Source: Anthoceros angustus
Taxonomy: Eukaryota; Plantae; Anthocerotophyta
Assembly: GCA_010909165.1 (NCBI GenBank)
Contig: VJWM01000103.1
Coordinates: 434,001-498,000, forward strand
Length of the DNA stretch: 64,000 nt
Reading direction: 5' to 3'
The notes under the pieces were generated by a model. The model was given only the letters and a program-made list of their open reading frames with translations, was not told where the DNA came from and ran no database searches. Below are positions 12,324 to 25,503 of this stretch, one piece after another. How positions within the stretch are numbered: the stretch's first letter is position 1; every line of letters starts with the position of its first letter. The position numbers were made by a program, and so were the translations under genes.

Positions 12324-12347
12324 CGCAAGAGAGGGAGGCCACGGAAG
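12324..12347 (+). other. AT-hook motif RKRGRPRK in ORF downstream of PHD
   Basis: ORF 12219-12782 translation. Confidence 0.55.
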
Positions 12348-14899
12348 CAACGGCCAGCTGAAGTACAGATGGAGGCTCACCAATGCAGTCTCGAGCGTGG
12401 ACGGCGAGAAGCACAGAAGTCTGCCGTGGAAGATACCTCAACCTGTGGCACTGTGAGCACCAGCTCGGACGCAACATCACAGCGTGAGAAGGAGCAAGTG
12501 CCTGCTAGACCCAGGGGCTCAGGGAGCAGAGGACGGGTTGCTCCTACAGATGCACAATACTATGAGCAACATCAGTGCAGCCAGTCTGGTTGCCGTTTGA
12601 GGCATACCAAGGTGTGTGCAAGGGCAACTGGTGCAAGACCTCAAGACGCTCATCCGACTCAACAACGGCGGGCGCAAGCAAGTGGGATCTGCCATCCGCA
12701 ATGGGCGATCCGAGAGAGGAATTCCTCCAAAGGGAGTTTCGGAGCTCGCGAAGTTCGTGTTGTATGTAGAGACACACCATGAGCGGTGTCGAGTGGAGTT
12801 CTACCCCACAGATCACCGTGACCTGTTTGAGTTGCACAAAAGAGGACTCTGTGCCATGTCCTGATATGGACACATCGTGGAAGGAGCTTGAAATCGCAAC
12901 ATCACTTCTTCATGCATCAAACGTTTGACGGTTTGAGGTTGCCCAAGGAGCTGATCATGTGGGAAGACAGGGTGCTAGAAAGGTTGGTCTACTTAAAGAC
13001 CGGCCATGCTTTTTCCATCACCTCAAGATGCAGCCACCTGTTGGATGGCCTAGTAATTTATCGTGTCACGCATAAAATCAAGATCCTTACATTGAGCAAA
13101 CAAAGATCGGGGCCGAATTTGCGAGTTGTCGCGTTTGCAACACCACACATGACACCATTGCCCCAAGCCCGTGTATGACTATCCGTAGGGGAGGTTTGCA
13201 AATGACAGTAGTCCCATTTTTGACAGTTTTGTCGCACTGAGTCAAGCCCCGAGGAGATCAAGCTCGAACTCCAAGAATCGATGATGAGGACTTAGAGAGT
13301 GACGCATCCTCCACCTATCTCACACCCGCAGCGCCCGCAAAGCGATGGTTTGGTCTTTTGGTAAGTTCGCTTTCAGCCATCACTGGTCGGCATGGATGTG
13401 GAAAAGTCAGGTTTTCACCCCGTTTTCCAGTGGGGGTCATGCGGCCGGAGGCTATTTATGCCTCCCTTTGCCCTTGTTCCTTGGCCAAGGCCAGGAACTT
13501 TGCAGTCCTTCCGGCCAAAGGCCAAGGACGAATTTTGTTGCTGCAGATAAGTGATTCCCGCATTGATCGTCAAGATACGCCTATAATATGCTACTTGCGC
13601 CGACAAAGCGCTTCTCACCGCAGCCTTCGGCCTCCTAGTTGATCCGGGTGAAGATGATCCTTCCCCTGTCGGCCCTCTTTCCTCTCTGTAGGGCGTGGAG
13701 GAATACCACCAAGTTGTCACCAAGGTGGTCCACCTTGGTGAGCATGTTCCAATGGACGGCGATGATCTTTGCGATCGCTCACCCGCCTGCCTAGCGTGTG
13801 TCCCACATCAACCACCGCTTGAGGACCGCCGCCCCTCGCCTCAAGAGCGCCGCCTGCCGCTTCACCTTCCTTCACCTTAGGCCCGGACTACGCCTAACTT
13901 CTCGCCGGGCGGTTGTAACCGCCTCGTGACTCTACGGTCCATCTCCGGGTCCTCCTTCGCACTCTTGAGCGGACCTCTTTGTTGGCCATCGCCAACATCT
14001 TCCGGGCGTTTTCGACTGGGCGACGCTTTTGTCGAAGTCCAAACACCGAAGATGTCCAAAGCGCCTCCAAGCTTCCTCCGCCAGCCTGTGGTCCGAACCG
14101 TAGCGTTGGTGACAATGTTTCTTCTCCACCAGCGCCACGGCCCCGCACTTCGCCGCTTCTTTTATAGTTGTGCGCCTTCGCCTTGTGGCTTGAGGATCCA
14201 GCTTCTTTTTTCCCTCCGCCACGCCAAACGCTTTGGTCGCAAAGAGGGCCGCTTGAAGCTTGCGCATGGGCCAAAAGACAAGGCCTAAAGAGTGGTGTCT
14301 CGAAAGCGCCGAGTGATTACGAAAACCGGCTGCCGCTGAGAGAATGACTTTCGCCAGGGCCAGTAAGGCCGGAGTAATCAAGGCTGGCGCCCTTCACGCC
14401 TTGAATCGCTGTGGTCTCAGATGGCTTACTTAGACCGCTACGGCATTTGGCCTTTACCGCGCATGTACCGAGCATGGTTACCGCCCATACACCACTGGCA
14501 AGCCTACGGTCCTCGGGTCCGTGACATATGTCCGCCTCCTCAGATCGGCCCACGTGGCCCCTTGCCAAAATACGCCCCTGCTCCAAAGTTACCTTTCCGG
14601 GCGTAATCGCGACTTACTCCGAGTGCAGTCCGACCACCGCGGGTACCCCTGAGTGGTCCGTAGTCAGCCACCATCCGGCGGTCCGGAGTCCTCGCCTACT
14701 CCGAGGTCCGAGTCCATTACCCATCCCGGCCTTATTTCATCTTATTTCACCCACACAAAACAAAAAACTAGCTCATTGCCTTTCTAAGGGGGAGAGCCTA
14801 CGATCCACACCCTTCATGTCCGTAACTTTGAAGGTGAATATCACCAATTTCAACATGGTGAGTCATTCCTTAGTTCCTTCGCGGCCCCCGCCGTGAGAT

Positions 14900-15380
14900 G
14901 ACGACACCAATGCAGCCTTTGTACATTATGCTCGCCCTTCAGGATGTACAAGGGATGTGTCTTCAAAGTGGGACTGGACGGGGTCGACGGAGATACTTAT
15001 AGCTGGCAAAAACGGGGGTGGTAATCAGGGGAATGCATGAAGGTTTGGGTGGGGGACATTATGCAGTTCAGGTCACCACCAAAAAGATTTTGGAGGCAGG
15101 GTACTGGTGGCCCACAATGTATGGAGAGACACACCGCCAGGAAGAAGTGTGATATTTGTACCGGATCGGAAGTTCTACTGATAATACAATGGCTGCAGCT
15201 TATAATGGCACCGGCACCTTTTCGAAAAGTGGTGCAGAGTTGATTTGTCGTGAGCCATATGGGCCCTAGCACCAGCCACAGTAAGAGATACATCTTGCCA
15301 CCGGCATATTCACTTGCATGAGCTAACAACTTGCTGCGCCGCAAGTTCGATGCAATACCCGGGGCTTGGTCTACCTATTG
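14900..15380 (+). pseudogene. Fragment of a second, different Gypsy integrase (non-chromovirus type)
   Basis: MHEGLGGGHYAVQVTTKKILEAGYWWPTM..KCDIC..APFEKW..KRYIL. Confidence 0.8.
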
Positions 15381-15405
15381 CACGGATTCCGCCCGAGCCC
15401 TGGAA

Positions 15406-15615
15406 TGTGAACGATGTAGATTAGGAGTAGCGTGCAAAATAGAGGCTTTATTACATTCAAAGTGTCTTACGATTAATTATAATATACCAACCACCTTTAC
15501 TAAATAACCCGCCTATGTCCCATGTGCAACGCTCCACCAACCATGCGCCGCCCATACCGCTTCGGTGGTTTAATTAATTAATATGATATGCCTTAACGGG
15601 ATTATATTTTTAACA
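15406..15615 (-). repeat. Copia 3' LTR
   Basis: TGTGAACG...TTAACA; purine tract on the minus strand immediately inside (15616-15627). Confidence 0.95.
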
Positions 15616-18600
15616 CCCTTCTAAACCGCAAACGTAATGGGGATAGGGCACGCCACACACCGCGGATCGGGACCGAGGCCACCGAAAGCGGGTGATGATG
15701 TTGACGCTTATCCCAAGAGACACCGGCGTGTTTGGGGAACGGTGGAGCGGAGGCTCGGTGCATCACGAGGCACACACACAGCCGCCATCCCGCGATTTCG
15801 TGCACCAGCAGAGTGGCATTACGGCGAGCGTGACCATCTCCGCTGGATTCACAATCGGATCCGCGGATTTGAGATTGGGCGACGGCGTGACCGGGCGATT
15901 GGGGTGTGTCGGAGATTGGTCGGTTGTGATCGCAGTAGTTGGGGAAGACATCTGCGCCGTGAGAGCTGCAGGTATCCCACATCGCGCGCTCGCTCGAAAA
16001 CTGTGTCCTTTACGTTTGTGTAGAGCAGCGAGAGGTCGAGCGCAAGGGCTGATTCTCCGGGTCTTGGGCTGAGCAGGCGCTACTGGGGACGTCATACCGC
16101 GAGAGCCGCAGCTTATCCTACTCAGCGCCGCCCGTAAAATGCGCTTTTTCTCTCGTTTGTGCAAGGCGGTGAAAAGATCGATCCGGGCCTTGCCTCGACT
16201 GTGTTGGCGAGCAGCGCCATGCTATGCCGTTGATCCCATGCATCGAGACCGATGCTTATATTAGCGCTGAAGCTTCATCCATCTGGTAAATCAATTTTTG
16301 GTTGCAGGCAGGCATCGTGGCTTGGCCACTGATAACCAGCGATGCCTGGTTGTATCTTGTTGATTAGGTTTGGCTGATAAGCATAGCCAGGCGCCTGTGT
16401 GATGTGTGGAGTGTGGAGGTAGGGTCAGGGGAATATGACGGCTACCGTCCGCAGGTAGCTTGCTGGTTTCCCCCTCTCATTCACGCAGCCCTTTCATGTG
16501 TCAATGTAGGCAGAATAGTCACTGAGGCCAAGCCCCCGCATATGTAGATAGTGGGGGAGCTTAGGCAGACCCTTTGTAAATATATCCGCTGTGTTTGAGT
16601 CTGTACTTACGTGACTAACCTTGATGATGCCCCTGGATACCAGATCTCGAATATAATGATGGTGCACTTCGATGTGCTTCGTTCGAGCGTGGAAGGTTGG
16701 ATACAAGCTGTGGTCAAGTGTTGTCGCAAGATAGCGGTAGGATCCGTCATGCGTGGCCAAGACCTCAGAAGAAAACTTCTTTCCCACTCGCTTTGCCGCT
16801 TGGCGACTTATATTCACTTCAAAGTGGAGCCGAGGGCAATGGTGGATTGTTTCTCGCCCAGTGACTCCAAGCAAGAAGGAAACAATAAGATGAGATGTCA
16901 TACCGAATCAACTGCTTCCAAGGCCTCGAGTAACTGACAAGGTAAGTCTGTTGGTCCCCACTTCTTCTATACATGAGGCCATAGTTTAATGTGCCCCGGA
17001 GATAACGAATATTCGCTTTCACCGCCCATGAACTCTCCCGGCACAAGGAATTGTGATACAAGGTGACGGAGTATCAGAGTATCGGGCCGTGTCTGGTTAT
17101 GCGAACAATGCTGCCAAGGCTGCGTCTATAAGGTACACCTTCCATGTCTTTAAGTTCATCCGAGTCCGTAATGTCACCGACGGGTTAGTTTAGTACCACG
17201 CATATGGTGTCGAAAGGTGTCTTGTTGGTCTAGATGAAACTTATGAGGATTTCGTGAATATATTTTCTCCGGTGTATATACATTATCCCAAAGATCACGC
17301 ATAATGAAGTTGAATTTTGTGCGCACTCAACTCTCCAATGTCTTTCATGTCAAACCTCCGTGTAGTGCTTTTACGCCCGCTAACAAGGTATGGTCATTTG
17401 TGGCAAGGATGTCGTCGACGAGAGGGCAAGCACACAATGGAGGTTCCTCTCATGAGCATGTATACATTTGTGTCGGCAGTATTCTGGACGAAGTCAATAC
17501 TGATCAGATAAACATGCATTGTAAGGTACCATACCGCCGCTTTGCTTCAATCCAGATACATTTCAATAACCCGAGCACTTGGTGCGGTGTGCAGGTCTTC
17601 ATAGCCTTCGGGTCAAACATGTACAACTCCTCTTCAAGGACCCCATACAAAAAGGCAAAGGTATACGTCCATTTGCTCAAGGTCAAGGTCAAACTCGTGG
17701 CATAGGCAAGAATAAGGCGAATGGATTGGCGAACTACAGTGAGAATGTTTCCGTAGTCCAGCCCTTCCACTTGAGTGAACCTCGCCCACAAGTCGGGCTT
17801 TGAACCCGCCACTTCGCCTTTAGCTTAGCTTTAATTTGAAGGTCCATTTGCGGTGATATGGCTTTCCGCCTCGGAGGGAGATCAAGAGTCCAGTGTTGTT
17901 CTTCACCAAGGATTGGTATTCTTCCTCAACCGCCGCCCATTTGTCACATTCGGGACCATTGAGTGCCCGAGTTAACGAGTGGGTTCTTCGTAGGGGTAAG
18001 GCTGGTCCAAGGGAGGGAACGGCGCATGCTCGAAATCGGGAGACATAGGGAGGTTCCTTCCATTCAGATGGTGGAGGTCTCGGGCGTGTGGAGCGACGGG
18101 AAGATTGACAACTGGGTCAACTCGAGGTGGAGGTCAGTGGTTTAGCCAAGGTAGGTGTCTCATCAGCCTCACGTCCCTCTCTCGCATCCAACAGGAGTGA
18201 TTGTATCCCTAGTGTTTGCATCTATAGTTTCTCCTTCAACATCTCAGATCAGACCTCAATGTTGTGGGAAGGTCTAAATTGTGATTTTCCAGCATGGAGG
18301 TGGAACCACACGTTCAGCTCATCATCATCAAGGGGAAAAAAGAAAGTTGATCACCGGAGGAAGTGGGTCCTCTCGTGGGCTATCTTCGGAGGTGGCTATG
18401 GAGTTCAACAAAGGTGACGCCCCTAGCAAGAACAATAGTATCGTGTCCGGGTTATACACGTAGGCTTTGAGTGTTCACCGTAGCCAACCAGATAAGAGCT
18501 CGGCCGCCTAATCAGCCTTTTCTCCTTAGGTATATAGGCATAAGCACAGGATCCAAAGACCCGGAGGTGGAGGAGGCTGGGTTTCTTGTTCCAAAATACC

Positions 18601-21465
18601 TCAAATGGGGTTTTGTTTGGGACAAGTGAGGACACTTGAGAATGTATGTCATTACTATAGCCTCCGCCCAATAACCCCGAGGTAAGCCCGCCATAACAAC
18701 ATGCTTCTTGTCATGGACAAGAAAGTCTGATTTTTCCTCGATACTCCGCCTGCTAGCGATAGGGCATCATTTGTCCGTGCAGATCCCATGAGACCGCAGC
18801 AGTCTTCAAAGTTGAGCATAAATTCAAAGGCCATTGTCTCCTAAGGGTCTGTGAGCTGCCTGACTGCCGCGAGCAAAGGGTAAGCCAATCCTTGAAAAAT
18901 CCATAAGTGTCACTCTTGAGTTCCATTGGAAATGTCCATGTATACCGGCTGTAGTCATCAATTATAGTGAAGAAGTAGCGAGCACCTCCTAGTGAGGGCT
19001 CATGGACTTTGCCTGAGATGTCAGCATGGACTAACTCAAGGACTTTTGTGGCTCTCTGTGCAGGTAAATTAGGGAATGGCGACTCCTTTTGCTTAGCTAG
19101 TATGCAGGATTCGCATACAGGTAATTGTTTAAAACATTTTGGTAGGGGCTCACGATGGCATCCTAAGACCGATATGTCTATTAACTTAGACTTGTTGATG
19201 TGGCCCAAACGGGCGTGCAAAGCAAGGCCCTCACTGTTTGACTTAGGGTAGAAGATGAGGTTGAGTGAGTAGCCTCATGTGACTCAGGCCCTGTACAGAT
19301 AATGTTGAGTCTGTACAGGTTACTTTCAGGCAGACCCTCAAAAGCACATGTGTGAGGAGATGACTGCCTGTAGAAACAGCAGTGTTCAGAGTCTGCATGC
19401 ATGTAGAACGTGCGTTGACGCATGATCTGACTCATAGACATAAGATTTTTGGCCATGCCTGGGACATAGATGACATCTTCTAGGATTAACTCTGTGCCAT
19501 CATGGAGTGTGAAGACACAAGTGCCTCTACCCTGAATAGGCAAGCTTGACTTACTTTGTTCATCCGCAAGAAACACCGAGCTTGTGTCGTTCCATGGTTC
19601 AAAAGTTCTTTTTCAGATGAGCTGGTGGCCCCGAATCAAGATACCAGCAGTTGTCATCACTCCGAGGCCGGGCATACCGTAGTATCTTCACAGGGCCTTG
19701 GAGTCCGACGGCTCGCTTCAATGCTACGCTTGTCAGCCTTGACGCTAGCTCACCTCCGCCTGCTTATGGCATTCTCTGCCCAATGGCTGGAGGCTACACC
19801 AGCCAGTAACCGCCAGTGGCGCTGACAACGTTGGAGGGTTCTCCTCATCTTGTGCTGTCCTCCTCGGAACCTTGTCTTTCCTTTGAAATTGGTCACTAAT
19901 GCCTCTGCTTCTTGGCGAGGAGAAAGTGCGGCTCGCTTCCTCTTGGAATAAAGGCACCAATCACCTCCTCCGTGGTGATGGTCACCCACCGCCGAGGCGT
20001 GCAACACGATGGGACCATTTTGACTTGTCACGAAGGTCCGGTAGGAGGTGGAGACCGGTCGAGTCAGGGCGAGAAGCGCCCACTTCCGACATCTTCTCTC
20101 CGTCATGGGTAAGTTGAGCACGTAGGTGTCTAAACTTGCACATGGGAGGCCACTTTGTCCCCTCCTTCATTTTCGAGAGAACTCCATGCGCATAGAGTCA
20201 TCATGTTCAATTTTGTAGGTTTTCTAATCGATCCCATATGGCATGTGCATGTGAGGTATTCCACATCGTGGACAAGGTCCGAGTCCAATCCACCAATGAT
20301 CAGCGAACGGCAATTGCATTGAATTGCTCCCATTTGGCAATCTCTTCCGGGTTGGTCCGGACGGTCAGTTTGAGGTATGTTCCATCTGCTGGTCCAACTC
20401 CCCGCCAGCAAGGTGGCCTTCATCCCGACCTCCACATTGTACCCATGCCCTTTGAACCTATCCTTCTCCTTGCTCCGAGGTGAAGGTAGGTAGACCGCTA
20501 GATGCCATAGCCGATTGTGGATTAGGGTGTAGTGAGAGGTTCGAAACCACTAATGAGGGAGTTGTGAACATGAACACCTAGGCTATGCCCTGATGGTAGG
20601 TCTCACAGCCTCGTCCCCTCACTTACTCACGTGGTTAGTCTCCGAGACCTAGTTGGGCGCAGAGTTCAGGCCATCAATGGTGGTCACCGGATCCCGAGCC
20701 CAATTGTAGGTCTCGCCAGGTAATTGCTAGGGGTGCGGTTATGTAGCTACGAACCCTAGAACTAACATGTGATTAGGGTTTTCTAACGGCGTGTCCCAAC
20801 TACATGAAGGGGTTTCCGTGTGGACCAATGGAGGCGCACCAAGTGCGAGGCCTTGGCGGAACTCGGTGCATCATGCCGGTTCAGATCTGGTGCTCTCGAT
20901 TGCTGCTACTCCCCTGCAGCGGAAGGATCTAATGGAGGCTGTCTGATCTTGATGAAGTGGGTAAGCCCTCTAAGATTTGGCCCATAAATTCTGCAATTTG
21001 CTGGGTGCTTGTCTTGGCTTCATCAATTGGGGGTTGACCGTCTTGAGGGTCTGTGGCACAGCCTTGGGCGTTGATCCTAGAGTGAGCTTGGAAGGACAAT
21101 GATAAGCAATCTCTCCACGCTCGAGGATGTTTTGTGACCCAAGGATTTTCCTCACTTTAGAGAATTGATGTCGATTTGTCTTGTCTTTTGCAGGCTCAAG
21201 GCCTTGAATCTGCTGCAAAGATGCATGACACATGGGAGCATAGGAATCATGGGCGCGAGGCTTGGAGGTTTCCACGCTGAGGTAGAAACCAACGGGATTG
21301 GAGAGGGTCACACCGGGCGCCGCTGCTCTAGGAGCGCACTCAAAAGAGATGTGCCGGTCCGGATGGTTGACTTTCAAATTCTCAAGAATCGTGCATCCGT
21401 GTTCCGCCTAGAAGTAGCGCGCGTCAAGGGCATGATTCCAAAGCTCCTCTAGGCGCATCTGCATG

Positions 21466-21477
21466 GCTCTGATACCA
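21466..21477 (-). other. Primer-binding site (tRNA-iMet)
   Basis: TGGTATCAGAGC on the minus strand next to the LTR. Confidence 0.9.
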
Positions 21478-21696
21478 TGTGAACGATGTAGATTAGGAGT
21501 AGCGTGCAAAATAGAGGCTTTATTACATTCAAAGTGTCTTACGATTAATTACAATATACCAACCACCGCCTTACTAAATAAATCGCCTATGTCCCATGTG
21601 CAACGTTCCACCAACCATGCCGTTCCGCCAGCCATACCGTTTCGGGTGGTTTAATTAATATAATATGATATGCCTTAACGGGATTATATTTTAACA
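21478..21696 (-). repeat. Copia 5' LTR
   Basis: Direct repeat of 15406-15615, adjacent to PBS. Confidence 0.95.
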
Positions 21697-21701
21697 TGGA
21701 A

Positions 21702-22050
21702 GCACGCAAAGCCTCTTCTTGAAGAGATGTCCAATCCCCAGTCCGAAAGCGACGAAGACGACTTACGACCTCTCGATGGCGAGAAGCCCCACCCTTAGTA
21801 CAGCGCAGACACCTGCTGGGGAGGAGCAGAAGAAGACAGCAAGTCAACTTGTCCTGGGAGTCGAGCGCAAGACGATGTAGAGGAAGACGGAACACTAAGC
21901 GGACATATAGTGGAGGTGCCTGGGAAGCCTGCAGAAGATGTGCGGGCATGGAAAGCGGGCTTTAAATAACCCACAGATATGCTCCACGTGAGTCGGTAAT
22001 CATTCCATGATGAGAGAGGCACTCTTGGAGGAACGGCACATGGGCAGCCC
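21702..22050 (-). pseudogene. Fragment of non-LTR retrotransposon (CRE/R2-like pre-RT region) hit by the Copia
   Basis: RLPLHRL..LLLLPSRCL..GG..HRE...RLRRF.TGDW.SL motif; the frame continues across the TSD to ~15380. Confidence 0.55.
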
Positions 22051-22769
22051 ATGTAAGGCTTGTTTATGACACAAGCCAGTTTTGGTAGCAGATGATGATG
22101 ATGATGTTAGGGCCTCTTGTGGTGGCCTCTTGGCCACGGTGTGTCATGCGAATTTCACTGGAATAAAGACGGTGAAAAATGGGAAGAAGAAATGCTGTGG
22201 GCAAAAAAAGCCAGCTTGGACGTGACATATGGCTGAAGATCCGCCGGAGGCAAAGAAGCCAGGCGTAGTGGCAGTGTAGACGTGATGTATGGCAGGACCG
22301 TGAGATGTGCATTGCAATGTAAGCATACTGAACAAACTTGTCCCTCAAGTTCGGTGGTTTGCAAAACTCGGCCCCAACTGTCGTCCGGGCCGTTATAGAC
22401 TAGTCCGGTTCTGGATGCCATGTGGCCGGCTTTCCGCCACAGTTGCGCCATTCTAATGCCGCCAGGTGCAACAAGTAAATTCACGCACCACCAGCTGGTG
22501 GACACAGTCCCGTAAACTAGAGTAGAGCACCGACAACACCAAGTCTGGAAATGTAAGCTGAGTCACTAGCTGTGACGACAGCAGGCAGCAGCAGGACTAG
22601 CCACGCACACCAGCAGCTGCCACTCCGGAGCCTGGGCTCCGGTATAAGTAGCGGGCCCTGGTGGATGAAATGTCATCAGTTGTCTGCACGAGCGCCTGTC
22701 TCAGCGTTCTGCAATCCAGTTTTCTTGCCATCTCTCGCGTTTCAGCTTCGGTTCTTTCAGTTTTCCACA

Positions 22770-23307
22770 ATGGCCGATCAGTACCAGCAGACCAAGGACT
22801 CCGCCGCCCGCAAGGCCGACGAGACTGCGCAGTTTGGGCAGGACAAGACCAGCCAGGCTCAGGACCAGGCAAAGGTGATTGCCAGCCCATTCCAGAGCTT
22901 GCATTGTTCATGGGATTCGCATCATCGTGCTGTTCTAGCTGCATCTTGAATCCTTTTGTTGGCTGGCAGAGTATGGGACAGACCACGCAGGACAAGGCTC
23001 GCCAGGCTAGCGACATGGGCCATGAGAAGTTGGGCCAGATGAAGCAGGGCGCCTCCGATGCCACTGGCACCGCCCAGCAAAAGGCTACCGAAACCAAGGA
23101 CCATGCAGGCAGTATGCTGCAGCAGGTAATGCAGCTTGTGAATGTCTTCACTTCCTGTACAGTAAGGATGTACGCCAGAGCTTGATTTCTGTTTCTGACA
23201 TCGGGATCATGATACGCTTGCAATTGTAGGCTGGAGACAAAACCAGGGAGACAGTTGGAGGAGCAATTGACAAAGTGAAGCAGACCTTCTCATCCGACAA
23301 CAAGTGA
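22770..23307 (+). CDS. Group 3 LEA protein (LEA_4-like), 3 exons 22770-22874, 22970-23125, 23230-23307, 112 aa
   Basis: MADQYQQTKDSAARKADETAQFGQDK..TAQQKATETKD; GT-AG phase-0 introns; TATAAG at ~22643. Confidence 0.9.
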
Positions 23308-24019
23308 AGCTGGAAACAGGAGTGTGTGTCTTAGGAAGCTCTGACCAGCCCTGAACACTTTGGGGAGTGTTGAGTACTTGTTCAAACCTATCGTAGCTGC
23401 AAATTGTGAATAGTTCTATGAGCACTCCAGAATTTTGGATATCATTTGAGACCATGTCGTCGAAGCCCATCTCCAAGGGATTTTGATGGGGGAGGCCTTG
23501 ACGAGTGTGCACAATTTTGTACTCAACTTTGTTGTACAGGCTGGTTGCCTTTGAGCGAAACAGAATTTCACTTGTCTAATCCTTTCTGACAATTTGGTTT
23601 GTCCTTTTCCTACAAATGCGAAACACTTTAGTTTGCCCCACTGCCCAAATGCGAAAGAAGTTTCGCTGGTTGTTGCCTCGCCATCGGATTCACGAACAAT
23701 CCCTCCTCAACCTCTTTCAAACATACTTCCCTGTGGCAGACCGACAGTGAAAAAATGCAGTCACAAATCGTTGTCTTATTGCCTCCAATAAAGCACGCAT
23801 GACCGCCGACATTGCCAGCTCTTTCTTTCAGCTGAATAACACTTCAGACTGGGTCCCTGAAAACAAGATTTTCAAGGAAATCACCAAATTGTGGCTTGAC
23901 TTTTGTATTTTCTGATGAAATATCCTTGAAGATTGTAAGCTGATGGTAGTCATTAATATTGTAGAATATGAAGTATGAAGGACATCCGGAGCACTATCGT
24001 ACCTGAGGAAGTACGAATA

Positions 24020-24365
24020 GTGCAAAACCGCCGACAATGAAATGCTGGAGAGGATGTCGAAGATATGGATGATAACGTGACGGTTGATCATCGGCCAACC
24101 CAGCATTCCAGCCAATGCCAAGCACCGTGCCGAGAATGGGCCACTGAGCAGCAACCAGGTATCCTTCGGTTAATGGCGGTTGCAGTCGTGATGAGTCACG
24201 CCTGACCATGCTGGCGGAGAGAGATGGCGACACCTAACAGCAGCTGCCACGTCGTCTAACAATCGACTACCAATACATGGCTGTTCGTCTTCTGGCATCC
24301 TTACATTGTCCCCGCATCCTGCGCAGGACGTCGAGGTAGCTTGGTTGCAGGCATTTCACGTCAGC
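24020..24365 (+). promoter_or_regulatory. ABRE (ACGTG/GCCACGT) and DRE (GCCGAC) cluster upstream of LEA copy 2
   Basis: GCCGAC ~24030, AACGTG ~24074, GCCACGTC ~24246, CACGTC ~24357; conserved in the duplicate at ~33215-33540. Confidence 0.6.
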
Positions 24366-24430
24366 TTTACGTTCCGGATCCAGATCGATAGCTCTTCACA
24401 CCGTCGGCTTAATTGCGCTAGCAGTTCATA

Positions 24431-24924
24431 ATGGCCGAACAGTACCAGCAGACCAAGGACACCTCTGCTCGCAAGACTGACGAAACAGCGCAGTTTAGAC
24501 AGGAGAAGGCAGGCCAAGCTCAGGAGCACGCCAAGGTTCGTTTGATTTCCTGCACGACATGATTTTGATCAGATCCTCCTGGGCCCAGAGGGACCGACTG
24601 CTCAAGACAAGGCACACCAGGCTGGTGAGGTGGGCCATGAACGGCTGGGCCAGATGAAGCAGGGGGCTTCTGATGCCACCGGAGCTGCTCAGCAGAAGGC
24701 TGTGGATGCCAAGAACAACACTGGCAACATGCTGCAGCAGGTCACGACCGCTGCCCACCAGTTTGTGCCTTCCTAGAAATCTTTGAAACTCCTGGAGGCA
24801 GGTCCTGGTACCGCTGTTGATATCGTGAATGTTTGAAATTCACCTGTAGGCTGGAGACAAGACCAAGGAGGTAGCGGGGGGAGCAATGGACAAGGTGAAG
24901 GGAATTTTCTTTTCTGACAACTGA
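24431..24924 (+). pseudogene. LEA copy 2; intron-1 acceptor deleted (pseudogene or altered splicing)
   Basis: Three-exon homology to LEA1; ~45 bp deletion versus copy 3 removes the acceptor and the first codons of exon 2. Confidence 0.65.
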
Positions 24925-25503
24925 ACTTCAGGTGTGGCATGCACATAGAGGTTATCTGTAGAGCTACAACTCTTCAAGGGGCGATTAGTTTCTAGCTCCA
25001 TTCCCTCAGTGTTAGTCCAGGATGTGTGGTTGAGTCTCATGTCCGAAGCTTTTTTATTAAGCTCTAGGAGTTGTTTGTAAAGTGGAATTGATTGTGAAAA
25101 GGGGGAACGTTCCAGGTGCCACACCCCAGTGAAATGACGGGACAATGTGACACAAAATTTGCTGGGATCGTAGGGAATCAACATTGCATGTTGTTAGATA
25201 GGCACTACTCTTGCTAGTTGAATGACTGCGAGAAGTCACTTAACAGATTCCAGCCTTCTGTTTCAGATAGCAGAAAATTACAGTAAGTAGCAATTCAAGC
25301 CTCGAGGAGTGAGCATCCGCAGCAGTGCAGTGAGAAAAATGTGAAAACATGGAATATATCTTTAACAAGGGTGTCATGCGCAATATTGCATTCTACCAAC
25401 ACATCTCATCACTCACTAATGCCAAGCTGACTTTAATTCGTGGCGCTAATCATTTACAAAAATTGGAGGAAAAACTCTACACTTCCAGCCAGCTAGCCTC
25501 CGC

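Larger units (their letters stand above)
3051..13300 (+). mobile_element. Ty3/Gypsy LTR retrotransposon with DNA methyltransferase and PHD domains (gag-PR-DNMT-RT-RH-INT-PHD), disrupted
   Basis: Domain order PR..RT-RH-INT is Gypsy type; all domains are on the + strand and collinear once the 5917-9653 insert is removed. LTRs not identified, 3' end approximate. Confidence 0.85.
15406..21696 (-). mobile_element. Full-length Ty1/Copia LTR retrotransposon
   Basis: Two ~215 bp LTRs, 5-bp TSD TGGAA (15401-15405, 21697-21701), PBS TGGTATCAGAGC, minus-strand gag, PR, INT (HARLGH, LELVHADISG, YFFTIIDDYSR), RT, RNase H (FHARTKHIEVHHHYIRD, ADIFTKGL). Confidence 0.95.
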
